This document shows, one piece after another, positions 13,501 through 27,000 of a stretch of 64,000 bases of DNA (position 1 is the stretch's first letter; each line of letters opens with the position of its first letter). The notes below the pieces were generated by a model. It ran no database searches. It was given only the letters and a program-made list of their open reading frames with translations, and was not told where the DNA came from. Position numbers and translations under genes: made by a program. This DNA is from Podarcis liolepis (lineage: Eukaryota): the NCBI GenBank assembly GCA_965112155.1, contig OZ218098.1; one strand, written 5' to 3'.

Positions 13501-15005
13501 AATAGAAGCCAGCCCACTTCTAGTTACTGAAAAAGGACAGAGGTCACCCATCATTAAGCAAACTAAAAAGTTCATCAAGCTGGAATATAGTGGGCAGAAT
13601 GAAATGGGTTGTTGTGTTCTTAGCAGGAAGACACATGACACAACACTTTGGAGAAAAGCTAGTTTTGAAAATTCTTAAGGCAACAATAGAAAATTATGGT
13701 GGAAACTATCCAATGGGACATCCAGTTCACAGGTCCCCAACATTCTGGGGACCTGTGGGTACATTTCCAATTTAAGGAAGATGTAATTAGCACAGGCATA
13801 GGCAAACTCGGCCCTTCAGATGTTTTGGGACTACAACTCCCATCATCCCTGACCACTGATCCTGTTAGCTAGGGATGATGGGAGTTGTAGTCCCAAAAAC
13901 ACCTGGAGGGCCAAGTTTGCCTATGCCTGAATTAGCACCACACACATACCACAACCACATGCACACATGCAGTGAAACCACTCAGAGAGAGAAACCACAT
14001 GCATGCACTCCCTTCTCCCTTCTCTGTCAGCAGGTTGGAGATAGGAGTTCTGAATACCGCCCCCCCCCCCAATTCAGCAGGGTCAGGGGGACTAGTCCAG
14101 CTTGTTCCCTATATTGCTAGTTTTCTTCTTGGAGGGAGGTGTTTTATGCATTTTTGTTTTTATCATCATGGAGAAGCATTCACAAATCTGATGCCCCTCC
14201 TGCATTGCAAAGTTGTACAGATCCTTCTACTAGCCTCAGTATTTTACCACCTAATGCTGCTGTTGCAACTGTAGGCAAAGCCTTTCTCCTATTTACCTTT
14301 GCATCTGAATGTAACCACTTCTCCTTCGAATGCTTCTTGGCTTTGTGGGCGACACTCAAACTGGGGAGCGATCCCTTGAGTCTCCCTCTTTACATCAGTT
14401 ATGCTTTTCTTTAATCCAACACGGTCATCTAATTCCTTAGTCCTAAAACCACTTGGCCTGATAGACGGGGCAGCCTGCCAGCCTGTTGTGAGTGGTTGCT
14501 TTGGCTTTTTCCCATCATCTTCCTGCCCAGAGGAAGCTGCCTTCACTTGTGCCTTTGGTCCAGTTTGTACTTTAACAGACTGTAGAGTTATGGTGCTTGA
14601 TGTTTTTTGCAGGACTCTGCAACCTTTCCCTTCCTCTTTACGCGGCTCTATATGGGGTTCCTTCACCTCTTCCAGTTGATTCTGTTTGGCTTCTTTGGAG
14701 GAAGTGAGAGGGATCTCTTTCTTTACGGCTGGCCTTTCTTTGGGTTCAAGCAAAAGTTCTGTGGTAGTGGATTTGAGTTCTTTAGCAATTCCATTGCTAG
14801 TGGCCTTTCTGAACTCTGACGTTTCAATAGCTTTGGTTGTAATGGTGGGTTTTGTAAAGGTACTGCATTTTGTTGGCATGCTAAAGAGAGGGGGGGAGTT
14901 TATTAAGTACACAGAACAATTCACATCATGTTTGCATGCATTTCTTCAAATCTCTTTAAAATGGCTTACTAATCTCTTTTAAAGCAGGCTATATGTATTA
15001 TGTGA

Positions 15006-15057
<52 letters not shown>

Positions 15058-18000
15058 AAAGAAGGAGCTGTAGTCCATATAAAGTGTGCAAACCTTCTTC
15101 CTGACATGCTACTTGTATGTGCAGGGACAACATTCAAGCACTCAATCCTGCACCTACCACATGAATGATATAGGACATCTATTACAAGACCAACTAATCC
15201 ATTACAAGGGATAAGGAGAAGCCATAGCTTAAAGTGCAGAATGTTCCAAGGTTCAGTCCTCAGCACCTACACTTTAATGATTTCAAAATGGAGACCTATG
15301 TCTTAAACCAGAATAGGCAGTGTGATACTCTCCAGATTTATTGGACTCCAACTCCAATTAATCCCAGGCAGCATGGCCAATGGTCAGGCATGATGCATTT
15401 TGTAGTCTGAAGGTCACCATGCTATCTACCCCTGCCCTAGACTTTGGAGAGCAGCTGCCTGTCAGAGTAGACAGCTCTGAACTAGGGTTGACCAAAGGAC
15501 TGACTCAGTGTAAGGCAAATGTATAAGCCTCCTGTGCCTTGGGTCACTGGTTTTAGCTCTGGGATTTTTGCTGAAGGTGGCATAGAAATCCATTAATGAA
15601 ATAAAACCTTGAATAGGCACTTGATTTGCTGCACCATTTATCTGCTGTTCTTCTGTAACTAAAAAGCTTTAAAATGTACACCTTCTGGTGCAATTTTTTC
15701 ACAGCACCTTGCAATTTTAGGCACTTTATCAGTAATCAATAGTAACTATAATAATTATAAGCTTCACAGCACGTGGCTAAATGGATGATTCATGGAGTTT
15801 TAAAATATTCTAAGCTGTGGGTTTTTAATTCTTTTTATTTATTTATTAAGAGCCTACTATGAAATATTCAGTTCTTTCATGAGCCCATGGTGTGAGGGTT
15901 TGTGGTAATGAGAAGCAAATAAAAGCCTACTATTAAACCGTACATTTTGACCACTCAGCTAGTAATAACTCACACCCCCACTGTTAAAGTCTCAGGGCCT
16001 CATATATAGAACAGAAAGGGAGGAACAGCACCCCAAATCTCCTCTATCCTATTATCTGCTGCCATTAAAGGCACAGCCACAGTCCTAATCAGCCCTGCTA
16101 CCCTGACTTTTAAAGTATGTGCCATATACTCACAGTGAGCTATCAGCCTCTTGCAGGCCCCAAGAGGCATCAACTCACTGTGGTGCTGCTTGTTGGAAGA
16201 CTGACAATCCAAGCCTTCATGGCTGCACAGATCCTTGGCCTCCAACATCATACTGCAGCTGTGGCTGGTCAGTCTTCCAACAAACAGTCCAGCCCTCTCA
16301 CTGTGGTTATGAACAAAGGGAGCTTCCCTGCTTTTCTCTCTGCTCTCCTTACCTTGGGAGTAGCATCCATGGGATTGAACCCTGGGCACCCAACACAGTA
16401 TCTTTGCATTTCATATCAAAACACATTCAGGCAGATGCAGGGAGGCCAGGCAGAGCAAATTCCACCCAAAGAGCCCTACCCCTTGTGGTTCCACTAAACT
16501 TCTTATATGACCTGCATCCACAAGGAGTCAGGAAGCCCACCATAGAAAATCCTATCCTTATTCAGGCATTCTTCTAGTATAGGATAGTCCACCTGAGAGG
16601 TGAGGACTGTGGGGAGGAGCATGCTAGTTCCACCCCTCCTTCCATCACCCTCCAGGAAGGGTGACTGTCTGAAGAAGGGAGCCTCCTGTACTTAGGTTGG
16701 GTCCCCACATGAGACTCAGAACCTTGGAAAATCAGGATTCTACATTGCATAAGGAACCTACACAAATCGAAGCAGAAGCCCCATTAAGCATTTATCTCCA
16801 AATTCTCTTCCTCACATGTGGAATATCCAGATTAGAAGAGGGATCCTATGGAATTTGTAAACCATTTTTAGGCTATATGGACTCAACAATGCAAAAGACT
16901 TGTGGCATACAAAGATAGGTTACTGTTTATTTTCTTAAAAGGATAAAATCAAAATGTGGGTAGAGGGAATTGAACAACATACCAAGGAGGATGAGTGTGC
17001 ACGTCTTTCTTAATAGAACCTGAAATGATGAAGCATTAAAAGATATTATAAAAATATGATATTGGAATGTTAAGGAGAGGATATATGTTACAGTTTGTTT
17101 TCAAGACACAAGATCTGATATTACTGAGAATTCATGGTGGCCCTACATTATATTCACTTGTCCCTGAGTCAGCAGAACACAATTCACTTCCAGCCACACA
17201 AATATTTGCCTGCCTAGCTTAAATGATAAGGTGACCGCAACCAAATTATTTCTGGGACTGGGAGGAAAAAAGCCCCTGGAGATTAAACCCTTGTTAGACT
17301 GGGACTTTCAGAAAGGCCATATACAAATGATTTATTTCAGGGCTAAGGGCATTGGCAGGATTATTGTAATAACCTGCAGTTTCATAAGAGTATATAATTA
17401 AAGTAGATGAATAAAATAATAAATTAATTTAGAATATGCAGGAAATGATAAAAAATAAATTTAAGGAACTGCAGAAAGAGGAGGAAGGAAGTAGAGTTTT
17501 GAAATGTTAAAATGACTGTGAAACAATTGAAATGTATATAACTGAAAATCATAAAATAATAAATAAATAAATAAACAAACAAACTTGGGTGCTCAAATCA
17601 GTACCATACAAAGGCAAGAGAAGCATTAAAGGCACCGCAGGTATAAGTCATAGCTAAGCAAGCTATAACATTGATCCAACAGTTAACACATCCTTCTGGG
17701 TTCCCATTATAAAGGGTGAGAAAGCATATTTGGGCTTGGCAAGCAAATGAAACGTCCTTCTTGTGGGCTGGGCACCTCTTGTGGAGGTGGAGACAGTCCT
17801 GGCTAGGATCCAGACTTGTCACCTGATGTCAACTCTGAAGGCCTGGAAGTAGAGAGGAAAGCTCAGCAATGCAGGAGGCAGAGCAGGGGCTTCAGGTTGC
17901 GCTGTTGTGGGCCAGCCTGGTGACAGGTCAATCCTCAGACTCACCACCTGCCATGACCTCCCTTGACTACTCTCATACCTTGCCGGTCCTGACACAGCCC

Positions 18001-21000
18001 ATCCAGGCTCACTGGGTCTCCCCCACCCCACCCCTCCTGGGATCATCAGCCTCTAACTGCTTGAGCTCATCCCACCCCTCGTCCTGGTTTGACCAGCTTC
18101 TCCAAGGCATTTCCTCAGGGCTCATAACAATCAGACTGGAGATATCTTCAGCGCCTCTCCTGTTCTATTTCCAGAATGAGTGCACAGTGATGTAGAAAAA
18201 AGAAAACATCTCTTTCACATCTAGAAGCCAAGTGTTCAATTTAAATACTGGTGGGATTTATCACCATCCCAAACTAAGTCTTTTTTCATTCTTTAGTTTT
18301 TAAACAGTTGCGGAAAATGGTTTCTGGGCATATTTAAAATGAGGTTTTGAATGACAGCCATATCCAAATTGCATACAATATCACAAACGCAATTATCCTT
18401 GACTCAGCAAGAGATCACCAACTGAAGCTTAGAAAAATTGCTGAGAAACATCCCACCCCCACTGCAGTGGACCTTTGCAGAAATGTAGCTATGTGCAACA
18501 TTAACTATTGAGAGGAGGAATGTCATTTCATATGCGCTGGTGTAGGTTTATGCCTGTACTGTGCTTTGGAGCTGTATACTGCCCTTTGCTTGAGTGCTGA
18601 CTTCCATCCTCAAGTTTTATCCCCTGTGGCCATGGATTGCCTTCTTGGTTTTGATTAGATTTGAAAAGCACAAACTCACTGCCTCTAACATGACCACGAT
18701 TCAAGGCCTTTTATGGTCACAATATGAATATTTTGGTGTTTTCATCCCTACCTCAAACAGGGATGAAGCTGGCTTCTTGCCGCTTTCTGTTTCACATTTT
18801 AATTAATTGTCACTTACTTGACTGGTATCCTGCCTCCAGACCACAAGACCTAAGCAGGAATTCATCTTTTCCTGCTGCTCTGGCTAGGATCAGCATCAGC
18901 ATCTGGCCTCCTCAGGGCGCTACTTGAGCCCACAGCATATGCCTGCACTCTACCCTCTTAATTTCATTTTCTGTTCTGTACCACCAGGTGACAGGATCTA
19001 GCCACATTTGTCATTTCCCCCTGTGCCCACAAAGAAGCATTGCTCTGGGGCACTGTGGGACAGTTAAATGATGAAACTAGGCCCACTGCTTGCAGTGCTG
19101 CCACTGTAGCCAGCTAAGCCCAGCAGGGCCTACTGACAGAGAAGGGGCCCTCCACTCAAACTTGGGACTGGCCTTGGCTGCAACTGTGTTTTCCAGAAAA
19201 TTCAGAGACAAGATTATATAGGTGCTGTTGAATAACCACAAACCATTTTGAAACCAGGTCACATTTTAAATCCTGTGCTCCAGAAAGCAAAAGGCTACTG
19301 CTGGGTGTGCCCTCAGGAAAACCTGACCAACCGCTTACCTAGGCCTTTCTGCCTCATGCTGCAAACCTCACACAACAAGTTTTGGGTATACAAGAAGAAC
19401 AAAAGCCCCCCCCCCCATTAAATTACAGTGCTCAGTTGGGATCAGGGACAGTGTGGTGTAGTGGTTAGACATCAGAGACCAGGGTTCAAATCCCTACTCA
19501 GTAATGAAACTCACTGGGTGACCTTGGCCAGTCACTGCCTCTCAGCCTAACTGTGACCTTACAGGGTTGCTGTGCAGATTAAATGAGGAGAGGGGAGAAC
19601 CATGTACACCACCTTGAGCTCCTTGGAGAAAAGGTAGGTTTATCAATGCAATAAATATATAAAATATCCACAGGAAGTGTGTGTACCTTAGGCAGCTGTA
19701 TACTGTAATTCTAAAGCATCTAAGCTAAGGGATAATGGAGCAGAATCTGACATTCCCAGAATACAACCACATGTGGTGTTGAGTTTAATAGGTTTTCTGA
19801 TCCCCCATCATTTAATTCAATATTCGTCAAGGGAATAAATAAGAACTCAGAAACAGAGCAAAGGAAGGCAACACAAGAAGAGGCCTTTTCAGTGGTGGCT
19901 CCCCAGCTATGGAATGCTCTCCCCAGGGAAGTGTGCCTGGTGCCATCATTATCAACATTTGGGTGCCAGGTAAAGGCATTCCAGTTTATCCAGGCATTGA
20001 TTCTTAATTGGGATCATATGGCATTATGGTACCCTAGCCTGTTTTAGTGTTCACCTTTTAGTAGGGTAGGGTAGGGCAGGAGTACTTTTAGTAAATAACG
20101 TTGCTTAATTCTTTTTATGTTGTTTAAAATCTTTGTATCTGCATGTTTATTGCAACTTTAATTCACTTTGAGACATTTTATGCAGTAAACAGCAAATAAA
20201 TGTACTAGACAACAACAACACTACATAATGGGGGGAGGGGGGAATTTCTTCAAATGTCCCAGATCCAAAAAGATCTACAGCATCTTTGGGTGCATCCCAG
20301 TCTAGAAAAAAATATTACTGTGGAATTATTTTTTTGGAGAGAGAGGAAGAAAGAACAAGAGAATTTCACTATAGCTGAAAGATGATCAGATAATGCAGAG
20401 AAGCTTTGAAAACACTCAGCTGTTGCTACAGATGAAGCAGCACTTTATGATCCAATCAACTTAAGAGGCCATTTACTCCCCTTCCCAGTGGAAAAATAAG
20501 GTTGGGGGGGGGGGGAAGCTTGGAAAGAGCTTATCTATACAAGAGGTCTACATGGTTTTGCTTAAAATAACAATAATTCCAATTGTGTAACAGTTTATGT
20601 TATTATCTGATTCTGTGGGGTAATGAAAAGGACTACAAATGAGGGCTTGAAGTTGTAAAATGAGTTGATAAAGACAAGTATGCTAAATATATAATGCTCT
20701 CTTTGTAATCAAAGTCTAGGGGGTCTGAATGACTTTAACAACAACCCTCTGTTGGGTTGCTGTTGTGGGAAGCCAACCAGTATTTAGAAATAGAAGAGAA
20801 AGATAGCCAGGGTAGCTGAACACACAGACACCAGTTTCAGAGTTGTGTAGTGAATGGAAGTATTGGAAATGGGCTAGTAATACCTGGACCCAAATTCTCA
20901 TACAGCCAGAACACCAGGCAGAATTACAACATGCAGAACACCATTCTCCTGTTGTACTTTTTTCCACAGCCACCTGTTAAACATGTGGGGTTACTGGTAG

Positions 21001-24000
21001 TTTAATGGTTAAGAGTGTTACAAAGGACTTGGATTCATATCCCCACTCATTATTGAAGCTAGTCACTGTGAGGATAAAAATGGTGAGAAGCATGCATGCT
21101 GCCTGAGAAGTCCTTTGAGAACTGGCAGAATAGAAACTCCCCCTCCTCCCTCTATACCTTCACTAAAGCTATCAATTCTTAGGTCTGAGAAGCTAGTAAA
21201 GCTTCTAGAAAATAACATGCTTGTTTAGCTTTCCAGTTTATTTAGAGGTGGGGGAAAGAAAGAAACACACACATGGGGCCAAAATTTCAATTAAAATAAA
21301 TATAATTTTCACTTGCTGTAATTAAGTGCATTCAGGATTTCCAAGATGAATAAATGAAGAGTAAACAGGCTGGATCTTTCAGCAGCTCATTTCCGCTAGA
21401 TTAAAATACAAGGCTTTTCTAAAAAATCTAAATGCTGAACTGCAAGTGTGGACCTCATTTTAAATGTCATTCAAGAAAGCAGGAGGAGGAGGAGGGAGAA
21501 GAGGACTGATGGGGAGGAATTGGCTCAACTCTCGGAAAACTTTTAGCTGGCATGCCTGCATTCTTTCCCTTTTAGTCTATTTTAACCATACCTTGAACCA
21601 TGAGCTCTGCAGACACAGAAGCCTTCCCAGCACTATTCATCACAGTGCAAGTGTAAATTCCAGCATCGACCAGCTGAGCATTCTGGATCTCCAAAAACTG
21701 GATGCCTGCTTTCTCAAACATGTTGAAACGATCACTTTTCTGCACCTGAATTTCACCCTGCATGCATCATGAAAAATACCAAAGGTGTACAGATACAATC
21801 ATTAATAGTAGAGGGGGTGGGAATCAATGCCTGGCAGATTAACACCTCATCCTTTGCTATTTTTCTGCTTTTACAATTCAGCCCATTGCTCTCTGTGGCA
21901 TGTTTATATACTACTAGAATACTCCCAAGTGACCAGACCTCAGGCATTCCAGATAATCTGATTTACACCACGGATAAGACACACTCAGAATATGGACATT
22001 TTAAGGCTCAGTTGCCATAACCCAAAACCAGAACTTTGTGAATTCTTCAGTCAAAGGACATATTTGCCACAGCCTGAAAACCTAGCCCTTGCAAAATAGT
22101 TTGCAAACTACGGTAAATTCAGTCTCAATTACAATGGTCTGGATTCAACTAACCAGGTATGCTAGCAGAAGCCAGTACAAGGACTCCCACTAGCACAATG
22201 GGGCTCCCCCCCGTCCTCCCCCAAATCTCCTCTGGAAGGTCAGAAGAGCTCACAGAACAACACACAAGGGGAGATGTGAGATTGTTCCGTGTGGCAAGCA
22301 AAAATGCTTGCACTGACTGAAAGATTGCAATGTTGAATTCCATCATGCATTTTGCAGTATAGTTGCCATTTCTGAGTTCTCAATATGTAAAGGTTTATAA
22401 ATTTATAATTAAAATGTTATTGCAATACTTTCCCCAAGATATCTCAACTTACTTTTGTGTACAAGGTTACAGAACATACTTCCACTGCAAGTTTTCCATG
22501 TCTTTCAGTGTGCTTACTTGAATAATTTATCATGGGAGTGCTCTGACATGTATCCCCATAATTTATTCTCACAGGGGAATAAGATTGAGGAAACTAAGTT
22601 TTCATGGTCAGGTTGAAAACTTCAAAAAATCTGGCCAAGAAAAACTGTGGCTAAAGATACTTCAAAGTACTGTACACAAGTTCAAATAAACAAGGCTTTG
22701 GGTTTCATTCCTTTTAGGAGAGGTGAATTTGGAAATCCTCTCAGATAATTGTACCTTAAACCAAGTGACTTGAGGCTGAGGTCGTCCAGTTATCTTACAG
22801 GAGAATTTACCAGTCTGTCCCTCTCGCACTATGACCCGATTGGGTTTTGTAGCAAACTTGGGTGGGCATTCGCCCCAGATGCTTGGTCGTTGCTCTACCG
22901 ATGGAACAGTAACTCTACCACTGGAAAGGAAACAATATTATCAGAGCTCAGTAATTACTATAGCTATATTTAAAGAGATTGTTACTTCTTAAATTGTGCT
23001 ACTTAAATGTGTTTTAGGAACAGTGTTCAGGTGATCAAAACAATGAAGGCAGTAGACTGGGGTAGGGAACCTGTGGCCCCCAATGTTGTTAAACTACAAT
23101 TTCCATAATTTCTAAGCATTGGCCATGATGGCTGAGGATGGTGGGAGTTGAGGTCAGCAATAGCTGCAGGGGCACTTGTTCCCCACCCCTGCGGTAGACA
23201 ATATGGTGTCCTTTTTGAGAACCTATTTGCACTTTTAAAAAAATTCTAAGGTACAGTGACATAATGCATGTACCTCTCATTAAGTTTGAAGAGGGCATAT
23301 GTCATATGAAAATACTAGGAAGCAGAGGCTTGACTTTTGCCAGCCACCCCTTTTGACTACTTGAAAGGAACATGTACCACATTTTGTATATTAATTCCCT
23401 TTAGACCAGACACAATCAGAAATTGCATTTTGCACTTTATCCATACCTACGTACAAAATATAAAGTAAACAACTGGATATATGGAAAAGTATGGAACAAT
23501 GCTGATTGATAGGTCACGAGTGCCCTTAAAAAAGGAATGCAGGGTAGCTGCTTACATAATGATCATTGCCATAGGTTCCTCCCAAAATGGAACACCATTT
23601 TGCCAGATGCCTTCATTTAATACGCACACAACACATACAAGCATGCTCTTTGACAGCTCTGGTTGTTCATAAGTAACAAAGAACAGTCTAATTGCCACAT
23701 ACAATAGAAGTTCTCTTGCTGGACAGATGTCCATGAATATTCCACTACGTAGCAGAATCACCACTATCCAAAATCTGATAAAACTGTCTATCTTTCTGTA
23801 ACAATCCTCCAGCAAAACTGGGTGATCTTCTCAACATTCTCCTTCAGTTATCTAAGAAACTGTCCAACTTTGTTTAGAATAAAATAGGAACTAATACAGA
23901 CCCCCTAACTCTCTAATAAATAGCACCCTAACTTAACTGGCCTTCTGTAACAATTTGGATGCCTCTGGCCAATTCATCCAAAAGCAGGTAGTCATACTCT

Positions 24001-27000
24001 TTACAAAGGGGCCCAAGTCAGACATAGTTTTGCAGAAAATCCAATCATTGTTTTGCAGAGCGTATAAACAAGTGCATTTAGAACAGAGATGGGCCAGTCC
24101 TTCAGCATCAAGAACCACAATGGAAGTTCTATGAGGCAGCAAAGCTTGCATGCATACTTTCTGTAAAAATTTAACACAGGCACCTACAAAGGAGTTCAAT
24201 GGCAAGTTATGTTGCAGGCATACATGGAATTTATTCTGTAGCAATGGCAGGTGCCATGCCTCTTTCACTCTTTGGCTTGGCTGGATTTTAGAATCAATTT
24301 GAAATCCTGGCACATCAGAAATGTGGGATATGTTGCCCTTTTGCCTACAGAGTGACCCAGTCAACTGGTGCAGCCAAGTGATCTACTAGTAATCCCTCCA
24401 AATCTTAAAAGCCAAGAGACACCCTCTTTTTTAAAAAAAAAACAAGGTGAAGGATCGTGTGATTTGAGGACACCTAGTTGATGACTGAGGTTTGTTTTAC
24501 ACCATAATCTTTTAAATTCCGCCCCAGCCCCCCAAGATTTAAGAATGAAAATTCATAGAACCTGCATTTCTGAAAATTCAGCCATAAACATGTTTACAAA
24601 AGCAACTCTAAATCAAAAGCTGGAATTGGCCTTCCAGCCGCCTGCTGCTACATTTAAGGTGCAGAATTAAATGACCAGCATTAAAAAATCTTTATAGTGT
24701 TGGCCCATCTCTGCTCATACTCAAGGAACAAGCTACTTCAGTGATGAAATCATCAATACCAAGTCAACTGAGCTGGTCGCTCTCATTCATAAACAGCCTT
24801 GAAATATGAGCCAATACTATAGCATGACCCAAACCCATGCAAATTACTATTGTCAAGGCCTATTTCAACAGCAAATACACAACCACGCATTAGCAGGGTG
24901 ATGAAGTTGAAGTTGTGGTTTTCAGGCAAGCAAACGAAACAAACGTTCTTGGGCCATGTGCATTTCACACAACAGCTTACCCATAAGCCAACAAGTTGTG
25001 CCCATCTCTTTCTGCTTCCACAATGTATCAGAACACTAAGAAAAACCACATATGGCCTCAGCCCAAGGAGCAGTCACATCAATGTAAAGACGACAATTTG
25101 GGGGCAACTTGATAATTCTGAATAAAATAAGGTCATGGTGAAGATTTTTGTAGGCAACTAGAAATATAGATGGTCTCAGAAATCACATGAGTTGAAAAAC
25201 AATTGCTTTGAGCCTCACTTGCCTTGCCTTCACTTTTAACTTGAAGAAAGAAAAGAATAGTGGGCTACTTAGACTCAGCAACAATACACTTAATACATTG
25301 CTCAGGAGCACAGCATGTGGGAAAAGTGGGGAAAATCACCCCTGAAACTGCTATTAGCCACAGGAGGAAAGTGTTCACTGGCGTGAGCGCGCGCACACAC
25401 ACACACACAAATTCCTCACATGCCCACAGCAGTTTGCGGAGAGACATGACGCTATTGCCTGCCCCCCCACCCCCGCAACCACACACTACTATTTACGTTT
25501 TAAAAAGGTACATGACATGCATTCATACATTTCAGCTGGTATCTAGTTGGCCTTAAAGGTAGACAGGTGGAAAGAGAGAACAAAAGGGACAATCAGTTAG
25601 CTGAGAAGCCTCAAGGGGCTGGTAAATGTACAGCAATTTTCTGTAAGTCTGTCCTAGTTGCAAGGAATGTTTTGAGCAAAATTGATATTGCTAATAGCAA
25701 GGGTCAATGTTGCTCAAGAAAGTGTGGAGGGGGAAGTATTTCAAAATGTGTGCATATTCCAAAAGCTATCAGTATTCTTCCGCTCTAGAAATGTGAAAAC
25801 CACTGGAATTCTTACCCAGAACTTTTGGCACCAGAAGGCAGACTGTACTTCTTCAAAACAGATCCTGGAAGCAGAAAATAGAAGGAAAGAAATACAATAA
25901 AAATACTAACCAGGGCTGCAATTTCTTTTAGATTTAGGGACGCTGGCTATAGAAAATTAAAAATTTAAAAGCCACCCTTCCATCAATTTCTAGTAAAATA
26001 TATGATACAAGGTGGCAATATGTTTTCCCTCTGCGGCAAATGGGGGAAGCATTTAAGTTCCATGTCTTGCGTGTATGTGTGTTTTGCTGTTTATATATCA
26101 AGCCACAACGGTAGTAACGGATGAGCCATTTGGTGAGGTGTGCTTTTCATCCAGTGAAACAGGAGTCCAAAACTGAGTCCCATATACAAAACAAAAAGCT
26201 GTCTTACTCTTCACTATAATTTCTCCACATATACGAAGGGATAACTTCACCAAGCTGTGAAATGTCCATTACCATTTCTAAAAATTACTAATTACTTTTC
26301 AATAGTGCATTTATATTTACTTCCAAAAGTAGTCCAGTTTGACTTAAGCTCACCTATCTAAATTTGTCACCTTTTATTTCTCTCCATAAAGACAAAAAAA
26401 TGTTTTATACAAGAGTCAAGATATGAGGAATGTATTATTAACTGTATGTTTAGCACCATCTACTGGACATGGGCAAGATTATCCCAAGCCAACATAACTA
26501 AATGGTAAATACGCCCCCCCCCCTTTTTTGGCAGAACAGTACTGTAGTATGAACTGACCTAGGAAGCCTGAGCAAAAGAAGCTTCCATAAATAATAATAT
26601 CTTATTCAAGCACAAAATAAATAAAAAAGCACAGTGGTAAAGAATGAGCTATGAATGCCTGAAGAAGTATCTGAAGAAGTGTGCATGCACACGAAAGCTC
26701 ATACCAAGAACTAACTTAGTTGGTCTTTAAGGTGCTACTGGAAGGAATTTTTTTATTTTGACTATGAATGCCTGCAGCTCAAATCTCACCTGCACTAGGT
26801 GATCTCACCAGGAAGCCATAGGCAAGCCACTACAGCCTTACCCAGGCCTCCTTCTCACCTGATGTGGGGCAGGGCAGAGATGTACCAGTTAGTTCTGCAT
26901 TCTCTATAGTATCTCCGGGGTTCTAAATTACGTGGAGAGCCTTCATGAGTAAAGCATTCACCCTCCAATGTGCAAAGGCTTGCAAGCTTATCACAGGCAT

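Noticed and set aside
14881-14924. N-terminal extension of ORF 14289..14924 as a separate start
   Set aside because: It is intronic pyrimidine tract read through in frame. Homology begins at the acceptor at 14880.
17823-17842. 20-nt candidate for the microexon (strong acceptor, CAG|gtgaca donor)
   Set aside because: The length gives the wrong phase and there is an in-frame TGA. At most it is a poison exon, and I have no evidence for that.
18818-18849. 32-nt segment with a consensus gtaagt donor
   Set aside because: The length does not restore the frame, the acceptor tract is poor, and there is no MLCK similarity.
23820-24400. 143-aa minus-strand ORF region
   Set aside because: It has only a faint resemblance (LPHRTSIVVLDAEG) to decayed LINE ORF2 sequence, which is too weak to annotate.
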